Virus record (IMG/VR): IMGVR_UViG_2974508059_000001
Span: 1-64,000 of that record
From: a virus
Taxonomy: Duplodnaviria > Caudoviricetes
DNA: 64,000 nt
Reading direction: 5' to 3' (one strand)
Shown here: piece by piece, positions 45,876-55,886 of the stretch
Layout of the letters: every line of letters starts with the position of its first letter
How positions within the stretch are numbered: the first letter of the stretch is position 1
Made by a program: the position numbers and the translations under genes
Notes under the pieces: generated by a model
Told to the model about the DNA's origin: nothing
What the model saw: only the letters and a program-made list of their open reading frames with translations
Databases searched by the model: none

Positions 45876-47569
45876 CTTCAATGACTGGGCCTTCGGGCAC
45901 CGTCAGTGTTCACCCGAAATGGCGTCTGGGTGAGATTGGCGCTTTGTTAAAAGACCGCATGGACGAGAAGGTTGATTCCGTTGACCAGCTTTCTTTGTAC
46001 ATGCAACGCAACGATGCTGACTTGGTGTACGGTGCGCGTCTGATGACGCAGATTGAAGCCGTTATCGAGCAGGTCAAACGTCAGGGGTTAAGCCGCGACC
46101 AAGCCGTGGCGGTGGAGTCGGTTCGCCCGGGGACTATCCCAAGCAACGTGCAAAAGTTGCTGACCTCCAACTACAGCCGTACGCACCAGAAAGAAACACT
46201 GGTGGCGCTGGAGTCGTGGGCCAAAGCCGGTCGCATGGGACTTATCGTATTGGCCATCACTGCCCTGTTGAAAGTGGTGTCGTGGATTATCGAGAACGGA
46301 AAACCGTTTGGGGGGAAAGGCGATGCGGATGCAAGCGGGTATGCTTCGAAAGTCAAAGAGAAAGTTGATGCGGTTGAAGTGGGCGGACGGAGTGTGCTCG
46401 GTTCTCTGACTGTCACCACGGTGAAAGATGCGTATCTGGCGTATGCCAAAGATGCGTCGTCAGTTGACCACTACAACCTCTCTGTGGCCCAGCTGGACAA
46501 AGTGCTGGCTGACCTCAAAGCTGAAGACTTCCTGAACAAGGTTGCTGCTGCCAATGGCGGTAAGTCCCCGTTCATGGCAATGTTTTCTGAATATGCCAAA
46601 GGTGGCAAGAAAGCTGAAAACGAAGTGCTGTTTGACGCCATCGATGCCCTGCTGGGTCTGTGCGTCACCTCGGCTGTGTTCGATGCCCGTACCTCTAAAG
46701 CGGCGTACGACCGTTTACCAAAAACGGTTCAGGCCACAGGCATGAAGTTTGCGTGTGACTTGGTGTACAAACGCTACGGCGGAACAGTGAAAGACCTTAT
46801 CGACTACTTCAACGTGATGATGCGTGGCTTTGCCGCCATGGATCGTAAAACCCTGTTGGACAACTACCGCGACCCACGCGGGGTGTTCACCAAAGGCCAA
46901 CGTTCAGTATTCCCGGCAGGTGATATCGCCGTAGGGTTGTTTGCAGAAGGTCTGGAGCAGCTGAACAACGCCTCAATGGGGATTGTTGACGACGCCACCC
47001 GTGGCTTCTCGTTTGACATGGGCCCTGCGGTGTTAATCGGTCCTGCGCAGTCCCGTGACTTGGTCGGTTACGACGAAGGGATTGACATGGTGAACGGCAT
47101 TCGCCTGCACACCACGCAAGAAGGCGCGTACTTTACCCGCAGCTCGTTCCAAACCCTGCGTGAGAAAATCAAACTCACCGCAACCGATGCGCGTGGTATC
47201 TTAGCGGCCCTCGTGTGTTTGAATCCAGAAGGCTACACCAAGGATGCGAACCGTGGGGCACTGAGTAACTACACGGCATTGCGTCAGCAGATTGACCAGT
47301 TCATGAAAGTGTTTGAAGCGTGGGCCGAGGGTGTGAATAAACTCGAGCCTGACTTCTTCAAATACCTCGCGGATGCAATCCAGCGTGACGTCGGGCAGGG
47401 TAAACGCGGGAGCGGTGACGGTCGTGAGTTGTCACTGGTGTACATGAAGTCCGATGACTTCGTGACAGGTCTGCGTGCGAACATGGATGTGGTGCGCCGC
47501 ATCTGTATTGCCGGTGCGTCGTTACAAGCGGTGGCGAACACCTCCACGCGTAACAAGATGGCAAAATAA
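45872..47569 (+). CDS. Head/ejection protein with propeptide and hydrophobic helix (SPN3US gp47-like position)
   Basis: AVE-S and ALE-S sites followed by MGLIVLAITALLKVVSWII. Confidence 0.65.
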   Translation: MTSMTGPSGTVSVHPKWRLGEIGALLKDRMDEKVDSVDQLSLYMQRNDADLVYGARLMTQIEAVIEQVKRQGLSRDQAVAVESVRPGTIPSNVQKLLTSNYSRTHQKETLVALESWAKAGRMGLIVLAITALLKVVSWIIENGKPFGGKGDADASGYASKVKEKVDAVEVGGRSVLGSLTVTTVKDAYLAYAKDASSVDHYNLSVAQLDKVLADLKAEDFLNKVAAANGGKSPFMAMFSEYAKGGKKAENEVLFDAIDALLGLCVTSAVFDARTSKAAYDRLPKTVQATGMKFACDLVYKRYGGTVKDLIDYFNVMMRGFAAMDRKTLLDNYRDPRGVFTKGQRSVFPAGDIAVGLFAEGLEQLNNASMGIVDDATRGFSFDMGPAVLIGPAQSRDLVGYDEGIDMVNGIRLHTTQEGAYFTRSSFQTLREKIKLTATDARGILAALVCLNPEGYTKDANRGALSNYTALRQQIDQFMKVFEAWAEGVNKLEPDFFKYLADAIQRDVGQGKRGSGDGRELSLVYMKSDDFVTGLRANMDVVRRICIAGASLQAVANTSTRNKMAK

Positions 47570-47577
47570 AGAAAAGT

Positions 47578-47601
47578 CCCACCTCCCGTAAAGGAGGTGG
47601 G
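47578..47601. terminator. Terminator between convergent genes
   Basis: CCCACCTCC-CGTAAA-GGAGGTGGG. Confidence 0.75.
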
Positions 47602-47610
47602 TACTTCATT

Positions 47611-50565
47611 TTATTTGGCGTCGGTGTCGTGGCGGTTAAAGGCCAAGACGATGTCGTCCTTGAGTTTCATGGTGCCGTCCACGTCGAGCGTCAGTACCTT
47701 ACCAATGGTGGCTTGTGAGGCATCGCCGACCACGGTGAAGATACGCCAGTCGCTGTCTGGTCCCATGCCACCCATCTCAACCGCAATCACGGATTCCAGC
47801 AACTCTGACTTCAGTGCCTCGCCCAGCTTGGTGGCTGAGACGGTTTTGTTGGCAATGAGGTAATCGTTGATGACCTTCGAGGTTTTGGTGCGGATGATTT
47901 TCAGCAGGTCGGTGTTCTGACGGTTTGCTGCGGTCAAGTAGTAACTCACCGTGAAACGGTTCTCTGCCTGAATCGGAGTAACGGTACCGTCCTCGGTACG
48001 GGCTTGGATGTAACCCATGGTGGTGACCGGCACAAAGTACGCTTCGGTCTGGTCTAACAGGCTACCCGCAATCGCAGGAATCTTAACCGTTACCACACCC
48101 ACAATGTAGTCAATCACCGAACGCAGGTACGCCTGCACTGTGGGGTCAGTGGCAAACATGTACCGGGCATCGTAGACTGACATCTCACTGCGGAAGATAA
48201 GGCTACGCGGTTTATCAATAATCGGTTGGTTATTGTTGTCGCGCATCAGGTCACCTTTGGTGTAGCGGATTTCCTGATTGCCGTTCTCATCCAACACCGG
48301 GTCACCTTTGCGGTGCAGGTAGACGAACTCGATGGTGTTGGTGTCTTTGTCGTACGTGTACTCGGGAATGGAGTCCGAGCCTTCCTTGTACTTGATGACA
48401 TCCGATTCGTAGAACGCCAGCACATCCTCTTGGTAGTATTTGTAGTTAATCCCATCCGTCTGAGGACGGGCCTTACGCCAATACGCCGAGAGGGCCTTAC
48501 CGAGTTGCAGGGTATAAATCTCCTGCGTAACACCGATAGCATCACGGGTCGGTGGGACAATAATCGCATCCATGGAGGCACGCTCGTAGTTGCCCGGGTA
48601 GTAACCAGTGACACCAAAGAACACGTTGAACTCCGATTCAAGGGCAACCGGTACTGGTGTGGCATTGGCCGAGGCTAAACGGGTGTTGGTCAGAATCAGC
48701 TCATCGTTACGGTCAACGTCGAGGTTCGTTTCCAGTGGGAACTCCCACACACGTTCATCATCACGGTAGCCAATTAAGGTGCCGTTGATATACGCGTACT
48801 GGTCGGTGTAGCCGCGAGGCACGTACGAGATTTGGGCAAAGCATTGCTCATCCGCGATAGCCTTGTAGGAGGCTTCTGACTTCGTTACAACGCGCAATGC
48901 AAACCCTTTCTCGGTGGCCACCAGTTCGTAGTTACCCGACACCACACTCAACGCGGTTGACACGTTGGTGGAGACAAAGCGTTTGCCGGTAACCTGCGGG
49001 CTGTCCAGCTGATAGATACGCACGTCAATGGCGGTGTTGTTGATGTCCACAACGTAATGGAACGGGGTGAACATGTACGGCACCGCATTGGCGAGGTTAA
49101 TCAGTTGGTCGGGTGCAAGGTTCTTGGCAAGCTCCGTCATCTGCGCATCCACGGTAATCGACCCGTTGGTGTAGCGGTAGATAGTCGAGGGCAGAATGGT
49201 CAGGCGGTTATCGTTAACGCGCACGGTCGACAGGTTCGCCAACTCATCCCAGCTAAACAGCAGCGGGGCCGTCAGGGCACCGATCGGGGAACTCACCCCT
49301 TTCACCGTCGAGGCAGGTAACGGCGAGGACAGGTGGAACGTGCGGCCGGTCACGTAGTCAATCGGTACCGACAGGTCCAAGCCGTAATCGTTCGCGGTTG
49401 ATTTCACCTGTGCCAAGGTCACCGGTAGCTGGCGTTGACCAACGGCGTTGTTCACCACCCGGTCACGCAGCTCTGCAAAGGTCAGTGGCAGTCGACCCCC
49501 GGTGGTTACTGAACCGGACTCCGCGGTGAGCTGACGAATGGAGAAGTCTTTAATCGGGTTCGAGTAAGTCTCATCCACTTCGCCATTGAAATCCCGCAGA
49601 CCAAAGGTAAACTGGTCACCGGTGTACGAGGAGATGTCCACACTCAGCGGGCCTAAGGTGGTGTAGATGTCAAGGCGAATCTCACCCGACACCAATCCCG
49701 TTTGCAGATAGATAGACGGAATCGTCATCCGTACGTTCTGCCCGTTCACCTGAATCAACGCCGTGGCCACCTGTGGGTCGTACACGTCACGGGAGTGGGT
49801 ATGTTTAATCTCAACCCACGTCCGGCTACCTGATGCTTTCATCCACACACGGGCGTAGAAGAAGTTGTTGGTAAACGGACGCTCCATGACGTACTGACTG
49901 TTACCGGCCACGGTGTCGTGGTTGTTATCCGAGGAGACCGAATACTGCAGCATTGGGATACGGATACCCAGCAGCATCGAGGTGGTGTTCGGCGCACTGG
50001 TCAGAATCCAATCCAGTGCATTGGTGGAGACCGGGGTAATCGGTGATTGGTTCTCGGTTAACCACACCACCTGAAACGCCGGTTGGTCCACGGTGCCGTA
50101 GGGCAGCACACGAATCTCAAGTGGGTACTGAATAGCAAACTCGTAACCGGCCACCTTAAACACCGTGTCACGCGGGAAGGTCACGCGGCGCACACCGTCT
50201 GAAATCAGCGGCATGGCTTTTGACATCACCGAGTCCACATCCAAGACCAACAGCATCTGCACACTGGATGGCTGGGCAAACACATCCACGTAATCCACAT
50301 CCGACATGTGACGGAACAGGTCATCGTAGTCGTTGGCCATCGATGGGTACACTTTGGGCAGCATCTCACGCTGGCCTTGGATACTGGCGTGGGCTAACAT
50401 CACCCCCATCTCTGCCACAAACACCACGGGGTCAGTGGGGTCCATCAAAACGACTTGGTTGTTCTCTTCTACCGCCGCCAGCTGGTTTAACATCAACGTC
50501 TGCATGGCAGCCGGATTGTGTGCCATTAGCAGCATGTTCTTTTTAAGCGTGTTGTAAGTATCCAT
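47611..50565 (-). CDS. Baseplate wedge protein (T4 gp6/J-like; phiKZ gp87 position)
   Basis: TGGRLPLTFAELRDR motif; start coupled to upstream stop (TGATG). Confidence 0.65.
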   Translation of the reverse strand: MDTYNTLKKNMLLMAHNPAAMQTLMLNQLAAVEENNQVVLMDPTDPVVFVAEMGVMLAHASIQGQREMLPKVYPSMANDYDDLFRHMSDVDYVDVFAQPSSVQMLLVLDVDSVMSKAMPLISDGVRRVTFPRDTVFKVAGYEFAIQYPLEIRVLPYGTVDQPAFQVVWLTENQSPITPVSTNALDWILTSAPNTTSMLLGIRIPMLQYSVSSDNNHDTVAGNSQYVMERPFTNNFFYARVWMKASGSRTWVEIKHTHSRDVYDPQVATALIQVNGQNVRMTIPSIYLQTGLVSGEIRLDIYTTLGPLSVDISSYTGDQFTFGLRDFNGEVDETYSNPIKDFSIRQLTAESGSVTTGGRLPLTFAELRDRVVNNAVGQRQLPVTLAQVKSTANDYGLDLSVPIDYVTGRTFHLSSPLPASTVKGVSSPIGALTAPLLFSWDELANLSTVRVNDNRLTILPSTIYRYTNGSITVDAQMTELAKNLAPDQLINLANAVPYMFTPFHYVVDINNTAIDVRIYQLDSPQVTGKRFVSTNVSTALSVVSGNYELVATEKGFALRVVTKSEASYKAIADEQCFAQISYVPRGYTDQYAYINGTLIGYRDDERVWEFPLETNLDVDRNDELILTNTRLASANATPVPVALESEFNVFFGVTGYYPGNYERASMDAIIVPPTRDAIGVTQEIYTLQLGKALSAYWRKARPQTDGINYKYYQEDVLAFYESDVIKYKEGSDSIPEYTYDKDTNTIEFVYLHRKGDPVLDENGNQEIRYTKGDLMRDNNNQPIIDKPRSLIFRSEMSVYDARYMFATDPTVQAYLRSVIDYIVGVVTVKIPAIAGSLLDQTEAYFVPVTTMGYIQARTEDGTVTPIQAENRFTVSYYLTAANRQNTDLLKIIRTKTSKVINDYLIANKTVSATKLGEALKSELLESVIAVEMGGMGPDSDWRIFTVVGDASQATIGKVLTLDVDGTMKLKDDIVLAFNRHDTDAK

Positions 50566-51818
50566 CAGCGTAGTATTCCTGCTTTGGTCAGCACAGTACG
50601 GTAGTCGGCTTGGTAAACGTACCAAGTGATGCGACGGCGCACTGAGTCAAGATAAGGATAGCCGTAGTAGTTAAACAGCGGCAGCAGTTCAGCCGGGATA
50701 GGCACCAGTGAGTTGCCCCCCATCGGTGTGAACGTTTCCTGTCGAGGGTCAGGCGTCATGTCCGGGTTAAAGATGGCCACAGTGCGGTTAAACATTTCCA
50801 TGTACAGCGGGTCATTGTAACGCGCCCCAAACATCTGCCAGTTGATGGTCACCGTGGTGTCATCATCCAGTGAGGGTTTGGAGTTGTCGACCTGTGCCAT
50901 GGAACCGGCGTTGTTGTTCGTTGGGAAACCCACACACATCGTCCAGAAACGGGAGATGTTGCCAAGGGCGTCGTAGCGAATCCCGTAGATGCGACTGAAG
51001 TAGTCCATGCGCCGTTGAATGGAGTTGCGAATCTTGGGCTTGAACTTGCCCATCTTTACCCCAGCCATGTATTCCAGCCACACCGACATCATCCTCATGA
51101 TGGGGTCACCGTACGGGTTATTCAACGACGCAGACACCGTGTAGCCGTTGTTGACCTCGTTGGTGGAATCCACCATACCCCACTGTTCACGCATCAAGCC
51201 TTCCTGCGAAGTCCACACGTCCACCGACTCATCTGGCGGGGCGGAGAGGCTCATCAGCTGCGTGCTGAGTAATGGTATGAAAGCCTGTAGGTTATCGAAC
51301 GGAATGTCTGGGTGGAAAGGTGTCCCCAGACGGTTTTTTCGCTGACCATTAGCATTGCGTGGTGAATCCGAAAACCCGAGCTCAAAGTCCGGGTCCAGTG
51401 CCGCCAGAATCGAGTAATCGAGCGACCCCTTCGGTTGTGCCGCCATGTTCGAGAAACGCCGCGAGTTGGCTAAATTGTCGAACTCGAGGTTAAAGTCTGG
51501 ACGGGTAAAGAATGTCAGTCCCCCGTATTCCTTATTAATAGGAACCGGGCTGGAGGCCATTCTATGGTTGAAACCCATGAGGGGGTTTGTCATGCGTTGT
51601 GCAGCCAAACCTTGGCCGCTAAGCAAACGTAAGCGGGACGTCCATGCTGTTAACTCGTCACCGAAATTAAACGCAGTGTTCGGGTTAGCGGTAGACCGGC
51701 GTGCATCAATGTATCCCGCGACTGAGGGCACGGCGTCCGCGTTGTTCGGATTGCTATAGCCGGAGTCCTCCGGGGTATTGGGATCATATCCCGGATCGTT
51801 TTCAGTCTCGTTACTCAT
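50565..51818 (-). CDS. Tail tube-initiator-like baseplate protein (phiKZ gp88 position)
   Basis: GGAG RBS; tube-fold-like pattern; synteny. Confidence 0.55.
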   Translation of the reverse strand: MSNETENDPGYDPNTPEDSGYSNPNNADAVPSVAGYIDARRSTANPNTAFNFGDELTAWTSRLRLLSGQGLAAQRMTNPLMGFNHRMASSPVPINKEYGGLTFFTRPDFNLEFDNLANSRRFSNMAAQPKGSLDYSILAALDPDFELGFSDSPRNANGQRKNRLGTPFHPDIPFDNLQAFIPLLSTQLMSLSAPPDESVDVWTSQEGLMREQWGMVDSTNEVNNGYTVSASLNNPYGDPIMRMMSVWLEYMAGVKMGKFKPKIRNSIQRRMDYFSRIYGIRYDALGNISRFWTMCVGFPTNNNAGSMAQVDNSKPSLDDDTTVTINWQMFGARYNDPLYMEMFNRTVAIFNPDMTPDPRQETFTPMGGNSLVPIPAELLPLFNYYGYPYLDSVRRRITWYVYQADYRTVLTKAGILR

Positions 51819-51843
51819 TATTAACTCCGGAGTTAGAAAAAAG

Positions 51844-53007
51844 ATGATACAGAGAACCGTAGAGTCAAGCGTAATTACGTTCTTAGCTGCCTTCCCCTCG
51901 CTGTTTCGTCAGCGGGCGGACTCGCTGGAGGAGTTCAACTCCGTTCTACAGAATGACTACACTACGCTGGTCGAAGATAGCTTGCTGGGTCTGGACTACC
52001 TGCCCGGCATTATGGAAAAGATGCAGTTACTGTTGGCAGGGCAAACCCTGACCGCCATTTCACTGCTGACCGGTGTTCCAGAAGTTGACGTTATCGGCAC
52101 GCTGGACAAAATCTCCACCAAACGTAGCGCATTGGATGCTGCGGTTCGTACCGGGAGTGCACTGGGTGCATTGGCAATCGGCGAGTCGTCACGTCCGGGT
52201 CGCTTTGCGCTGCCGTCATACGATAACCTCGCTTTGGCAGTTGGTGAATCTTCTCGTCGTAAAGTGGCGCGTGAATCGCGTGATGACAAGAGCAAAGAGC
52301 GCACCGGCGTGGCCCTGCAAAGTGATTTCGCTAAGCGTCTGAGCGAGCAGGAAAGCCTGTCCAGCGGTAAGCAGTTCAGCGTGACCTTTGAGCGTAATGG
52401 TAACAAGCTCGAAGTGCCAATGCGCGTGCGTCTGGAAGTCAGCTCCACCGATACCGGGTCTATCGAAAACATCATCCTGCTGGGCGAAGAGAACCGTAGC
52501 CTGTGGGAACGTTGGATTCGCCGCTCTACCGGTAAAAACGGTGGCTCGTCTGCCGTGGATAAAATCCGCGCGACGAAAGACATCGCCTTCTCCAACGACC
52601 TTATCGATGAGTACCGTAAGAATCGCTTCCGCGACAAATCGGGCTACTACTCGAAGATGATGGAGAAGAGAAACGGCAACTGGCTGTCAGGTATGCTGAC
52701 GCTGTCACCGTCCATCAACAACGCCTCCGCGCTGATGATTGTCTCGCAGGAAACCATCGACGGCTTAGAAGCGCGTCTGGGTGGTGACTTCGATGACTTC
52801 AACGTGCGCAAACGTGTGTTCGAAAACACACTGACCATGTACTACGTCGTGGTTGACCAGACGTGGGGCCGTGTCACTATTTACACTCGCGGTCAGAACG
52901 GTTCACAGCAGCTGGATAAGAACGATTTCAGCAAGGCTAAAGCTGGCTCTGCCGACGTGAACAAAATCATCGAAGCGTATCGCTCCGGTGCTCAACCGGT
53001 GCTTTAA
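51844..53007 (+). CDS. Internal head/inner-body protein (phiKZ gp89 position)
   Basis: Clustered IGE-S, VGE-S, ARE-S sites; synteny. Confidence 0.65.
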   Translation: MIQRTVESSVITFLAAFPSLFRQRADSLEEFNSVLQNDYTTLVEDSLLGLDYLPGIMEKMQLLLAGQTLTAISLLTGVPEVDVIGTLDKISTKRSALDAAVRTGSALGALAIGESSRPGRFALPSYDNLALAVGESSRRKVARESRDDKSKERTGVALQSDFAKRLSEQESLSSGKQFSVTFERNGNKLEVPMRVRLEVSSTDTGSIENIILLGEENRSLWERWIRRSTGKNGGSSAVDKIRATKDIAFSNDLIDEYRKNRFRDKSGYYSKMMEKRNGNWLSGMLTLSPSINNASALMIVSQETIDGLEARLGGDFDDFNVRKRVFENTLTMYYVVVDQTWGRVTIYTRGQNGSQQLDKNDFSKAKAGSADVNKIIEAYRSGAQPVL

Positions 53008-53017
53008 GGGGTCTTTC

Positions 53018-53953
53018 ATGCCTATTCCGAACATGCTGGCAATGTTACTGCCAAGCTTTGAGTCCATTAACCTGAAGAACCAGCTCTCGTCCAACTGTGA
53101 CGCGATTGGGGAAGCCCTGCTGCCGCGTTTCCAAACGTTGCAGGAAGTGGTGGGTACCCAAGAGGGCAAACACTTCAAGAACAGCACCGTGCAAGAGATG
53201 AGCGAAGACATCGTCTCTAGCCTGCGTAGCAGTTCCCTGAACGTGAAAGGCCTGCGTGTTGCCTCGATGCTGGAGTATATCATTCCATCATTAGAGAACG
53301 TGCTGACCCTGCGCAGCTTCTTAGAGCAGCACATCACCAAAGACATCGGTAAGTCACTGGTGACCTCGGCGCTGACCTTTAACAAGCAGACCCTGCTGCA
53401 GATGCTGGACATCATTGACTTCGCCACCAAGTACAGCAGTGTTCTGCTGAACTACGTCACAGCCGTTGAGCTGAACGCGGTGGAAGGGTCAAACATTGAT
53501 GGCGGCGCTATCGCACCAAACGACCTGCAATACCTGAAGACGCAGAGCACGGTCTTCTGTATCGCCCTGCGGGTGCTGGGGACGCCTATCAATAAACTGA
53601 AAGCGGACTACGCTGAGATTCCAGAGGCTATCTTCGATGAAGACACCTACAACGATCTCGTCGCCTCTTTCGGTTCTGGCACCACCGACCCACTCGGCAT
53701 GCGTTCGGTTCCATTCCCACTGACGATTGTCTATCGCGTTCGTCTGAACTTCGCTGAATGGCAGATGGATCGCTACGACGAATGTGTGGCTGCCGGTAAA
53801 GCGGCAGAGCTACGTATTCTGCTGTGGAAAAAGCAGCAGGCAGAAGGCAGTGGTGATGCGGCTATTGAGCGTCTGATTAAAGACCAGGAAAAACGCTTGA
53901 TGGACCTCAAGTACAAGCGTGAAAAACTGGAGAAGAAGTATGGACTTCAATAA
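53018..53953 (+). CDS. Internal head protein (phiKZ gp90 position)
   Basis: AAGGGG RBS; coiled-coil C-terminus; synteny. Confidence 0.65.
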   Translation: MPIPNMLAMLLPSFESINLKNQLSSNCDAIGEALLPRFQTLQEVVGTQEGKHFKNSTVQEMSEDIVSSLRSSSLNVKGLRVASMLEYIIPSLENVLTLRSFLEQHITKDIGKSLVTSALTFNKQTLLQMLDIIDFATKYSSVLLNYVTAVELNAVEGSNIDGGAIAPNDLQYLKTQSTVFCIALRVLGTPINKLKADYAEIPEAIFDEDTYNDLVASFGSGTTDPLGMRSVPFPLTIVYRVRLNFAEWQMDRYDECVAAGKAAELRILLWKKQQAEGSGDAAIERLIKDQEKRLMDLKYKREKLEKKYGLQ

Positions 53954-54482
53954 CGCCGAACAGGCCATCAAAGAGTACATGGACTTGCTCAGCCAAAACG
54001 CTGTGCTGGTTCACGATGACAAAGTCATTCACGGTGTCCTGCCGGCCTGTGCGGTGGTTCTGGCGCGTTTTCGTCTGTGTGCCCTGTCAAGTGTGCAGGA
54101 AGTATTATATGACGAATACCCGCAAATCGGGTTTACTTTCAATACGTTTTATAATGAAACGGTTAAGTTCATTCTCGATGGAAAGCGTCGCGATATCTCA
54201 GTTGGGCAATACTCAGTTCTGATGCAACAGTATATGAACGATGTTCATGGTACTAAGTACGTGCGTCAGACCGGTAGCCTCGGTAGTCGAATGATGGCTG
54301 CTTCGTTCGGAGACTCCGGACAAGTGCGTAATCTGGGCGCTTCGCATCAAACGCAGCAACCGGACACCCGTCTGCTATCTTATGCAGACCACGAACTGCT
54401 GGCGCAGTGGCTTACGCGTGTCAATGGATTGTCAGACATGGTATCCTCGCTTGCAGTATTTTTAAAGATCGCACGTCCCTGA
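53940..54482 (+). CDS. Putative head protein
   Basis: GGAG RBS; head block. Confidence 0.65.
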   Translation: MDFNNAEQAIKEYMDLLSQNAVLVHDDKVIHGVLPACAVVLARFRLCALSSVQEVLYDEYPQIGFTFNTFYNETVKFILDGKRRDISVGQYSVLMQQYMNDVHGTKYVRQTGSLGSRMMAASFGDSGQVRNLGASHQTQQPDTRLLSYADHELLAQWLTRVNGLSDMVSSLAVFLKIARP

Positions 54483-54540
54483 GGGGGCCCCTTAATCAGG
54501 GGCGTGTGGGTATTTGGTTATAACCAATAGGAACTGAAGC

Positions 54541-55809
54541 ATGAACTTTATCCAACAGCGCATCGCGCGTGAGTCAGTTGAATCTGATCCAAGCGCAATT
54601 GACGGCCTGAGCAACGTTGAGACTTCTGAAGATAACCTCGACGTGCAACTGACCGAAGTGGCTTCCATCGATGGTCAGCTGGACCGTCTGGACAATGACC
54701 AGGAAACGCTGGCCATTGACGCCGTTCGTACTGATGATGCAATCGACCAGGCCAGCGAAGCTGTCGAAAACGGCGAAGAGCTGCCTGAAGAAACCATCGC
54801 CAAAACTGAAGTGGCGCAGGAATCTATCCGTCGCCGCTGGGCTCTGGATACACCTAAGCTGGCGCGTGAAAGCTACCGTCGTGGCCGTGGCATGACCATC
54901 GCTGCGCAGGAAGGCTGGAAAGAAACCTTCAAAGACCTGATGAAGCGTTTCATCGACTTCTGCAACATGGTCATTGATAAGATCAAAGATGCCAAGCTGA
55001 AATACCTGAACGTGGGTAAAACCGCACAGGCGCGTGCCAAGAAATATCAGGCTGCGATTAAAACGCTGGGCAAAAAGAACAAAGAGCAGATCTCTGGCGG
55101 CTTCATCAGCAAGCTGGCTATTGAAGGTCAGTTCAATCTGGAACAGTCTATCGCCGCGGCGAAAGAAGTGGCCGGCGGCAAAGCGAAATCTGCCATCAGC
55201 CATCTGCAAGGCCAGGCCTCTGCAGCTGAAACCGTTGTGACCAAAGCGTCTAAGTCCGATGCTGCTGTAGCGACCTCTGGTTTCTACGACACCATCGAGC
55301 TGTTCGGTTCTGCTGCTAAGAAGATGAAGAACCTGCCGCAGTTTGACAACGAAGAAGCACAGCGTCTGTACGCACTGCCGGGCAATGCCTATATCCAGTG
55401 TGGTAAGAAAGCTGTTAACGGCGTTGACTTCACTGCTGTTGGCTTCCTGTCAACTGGCGATCGCAGCGACACCAAAGAAGTCCCAACTCCGGACATCGCG
55501 AAACTGAACTCTTCTGCTCAGGCGCTGGATGCTATCGGTAAAGGCTTCGAAGGCACGCTGAAAGATTTCCGCAGCTACGATGACGAAATCGGCAAACTGC
55601 GTTCAGCAGCACAGGCAGCGGTTCAGGCGATCGATAAAGCAGCGGATAACGCTGAGCACAAAACTCTGAGCGCAGCACGTTCTGCAGCTGACCAAGCGGT
55701 CCGTAACTACCAGACTCTGCATCGCGCAGTGTCTTACGTAGCGAACACCGTTATCAGCGGCCTGAATGGCTACATCGGTGCGGGCATCGGCGCTTACGCT
55801 AAAGGCTAA
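54541..55809 (+). CDS. Abundant internal head/ejection protein, paralog 1 (phiKZ gp93/SPN3US gp53 family)
   Basis: Acidic propeptide with ARE-S, AQE-S, ARE-S, AQE-G; strong codon bias. Confidence 0.8.
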   Translation: MNFIQQRIARESVESDPSAIDGLSNVETSEDNLDVQLTEVASIDGQLDRLDNDQETLAIDAVRTDDAIDQASEAVENGEELPEETIAKTEVAQESIRRRWALDTPKLARESYRRGRGMTIAAQEGWKETFKDLMKRFIDFCNMVIDKIKDAKLKYLNVGKTAQARAKKYQAAIKTLGKKNKEQISGGFISKLAIEGQFNLEQSIAAAKEVAGGKAKSAISHLQGQASAAETVVTKASKSDAAVATSGFYDTIELFGSAAKKMKNLPQFDNEEAQRLYALPGNAYIQCGKKAVNGVDFTAVGFLSTGDRSDTKEVPTPDIAKLNSSAQALDAIGKGFEGTLKDFRSYDDEIGKLRSAAQAAVQAIDKAADNAEHKTLSAARSAADQAVRNYQTLHRAVSYVANTVISGLNGYIGAGIGAYAKG

Positions 55810-55886
55810 TCCCCCTTAGCGTCGCAAGGCTTTCCAGTTTCTAAATTAAAGGGGGTGGCGTTGTCCACCCCAGAGGAAAAGAGAAC

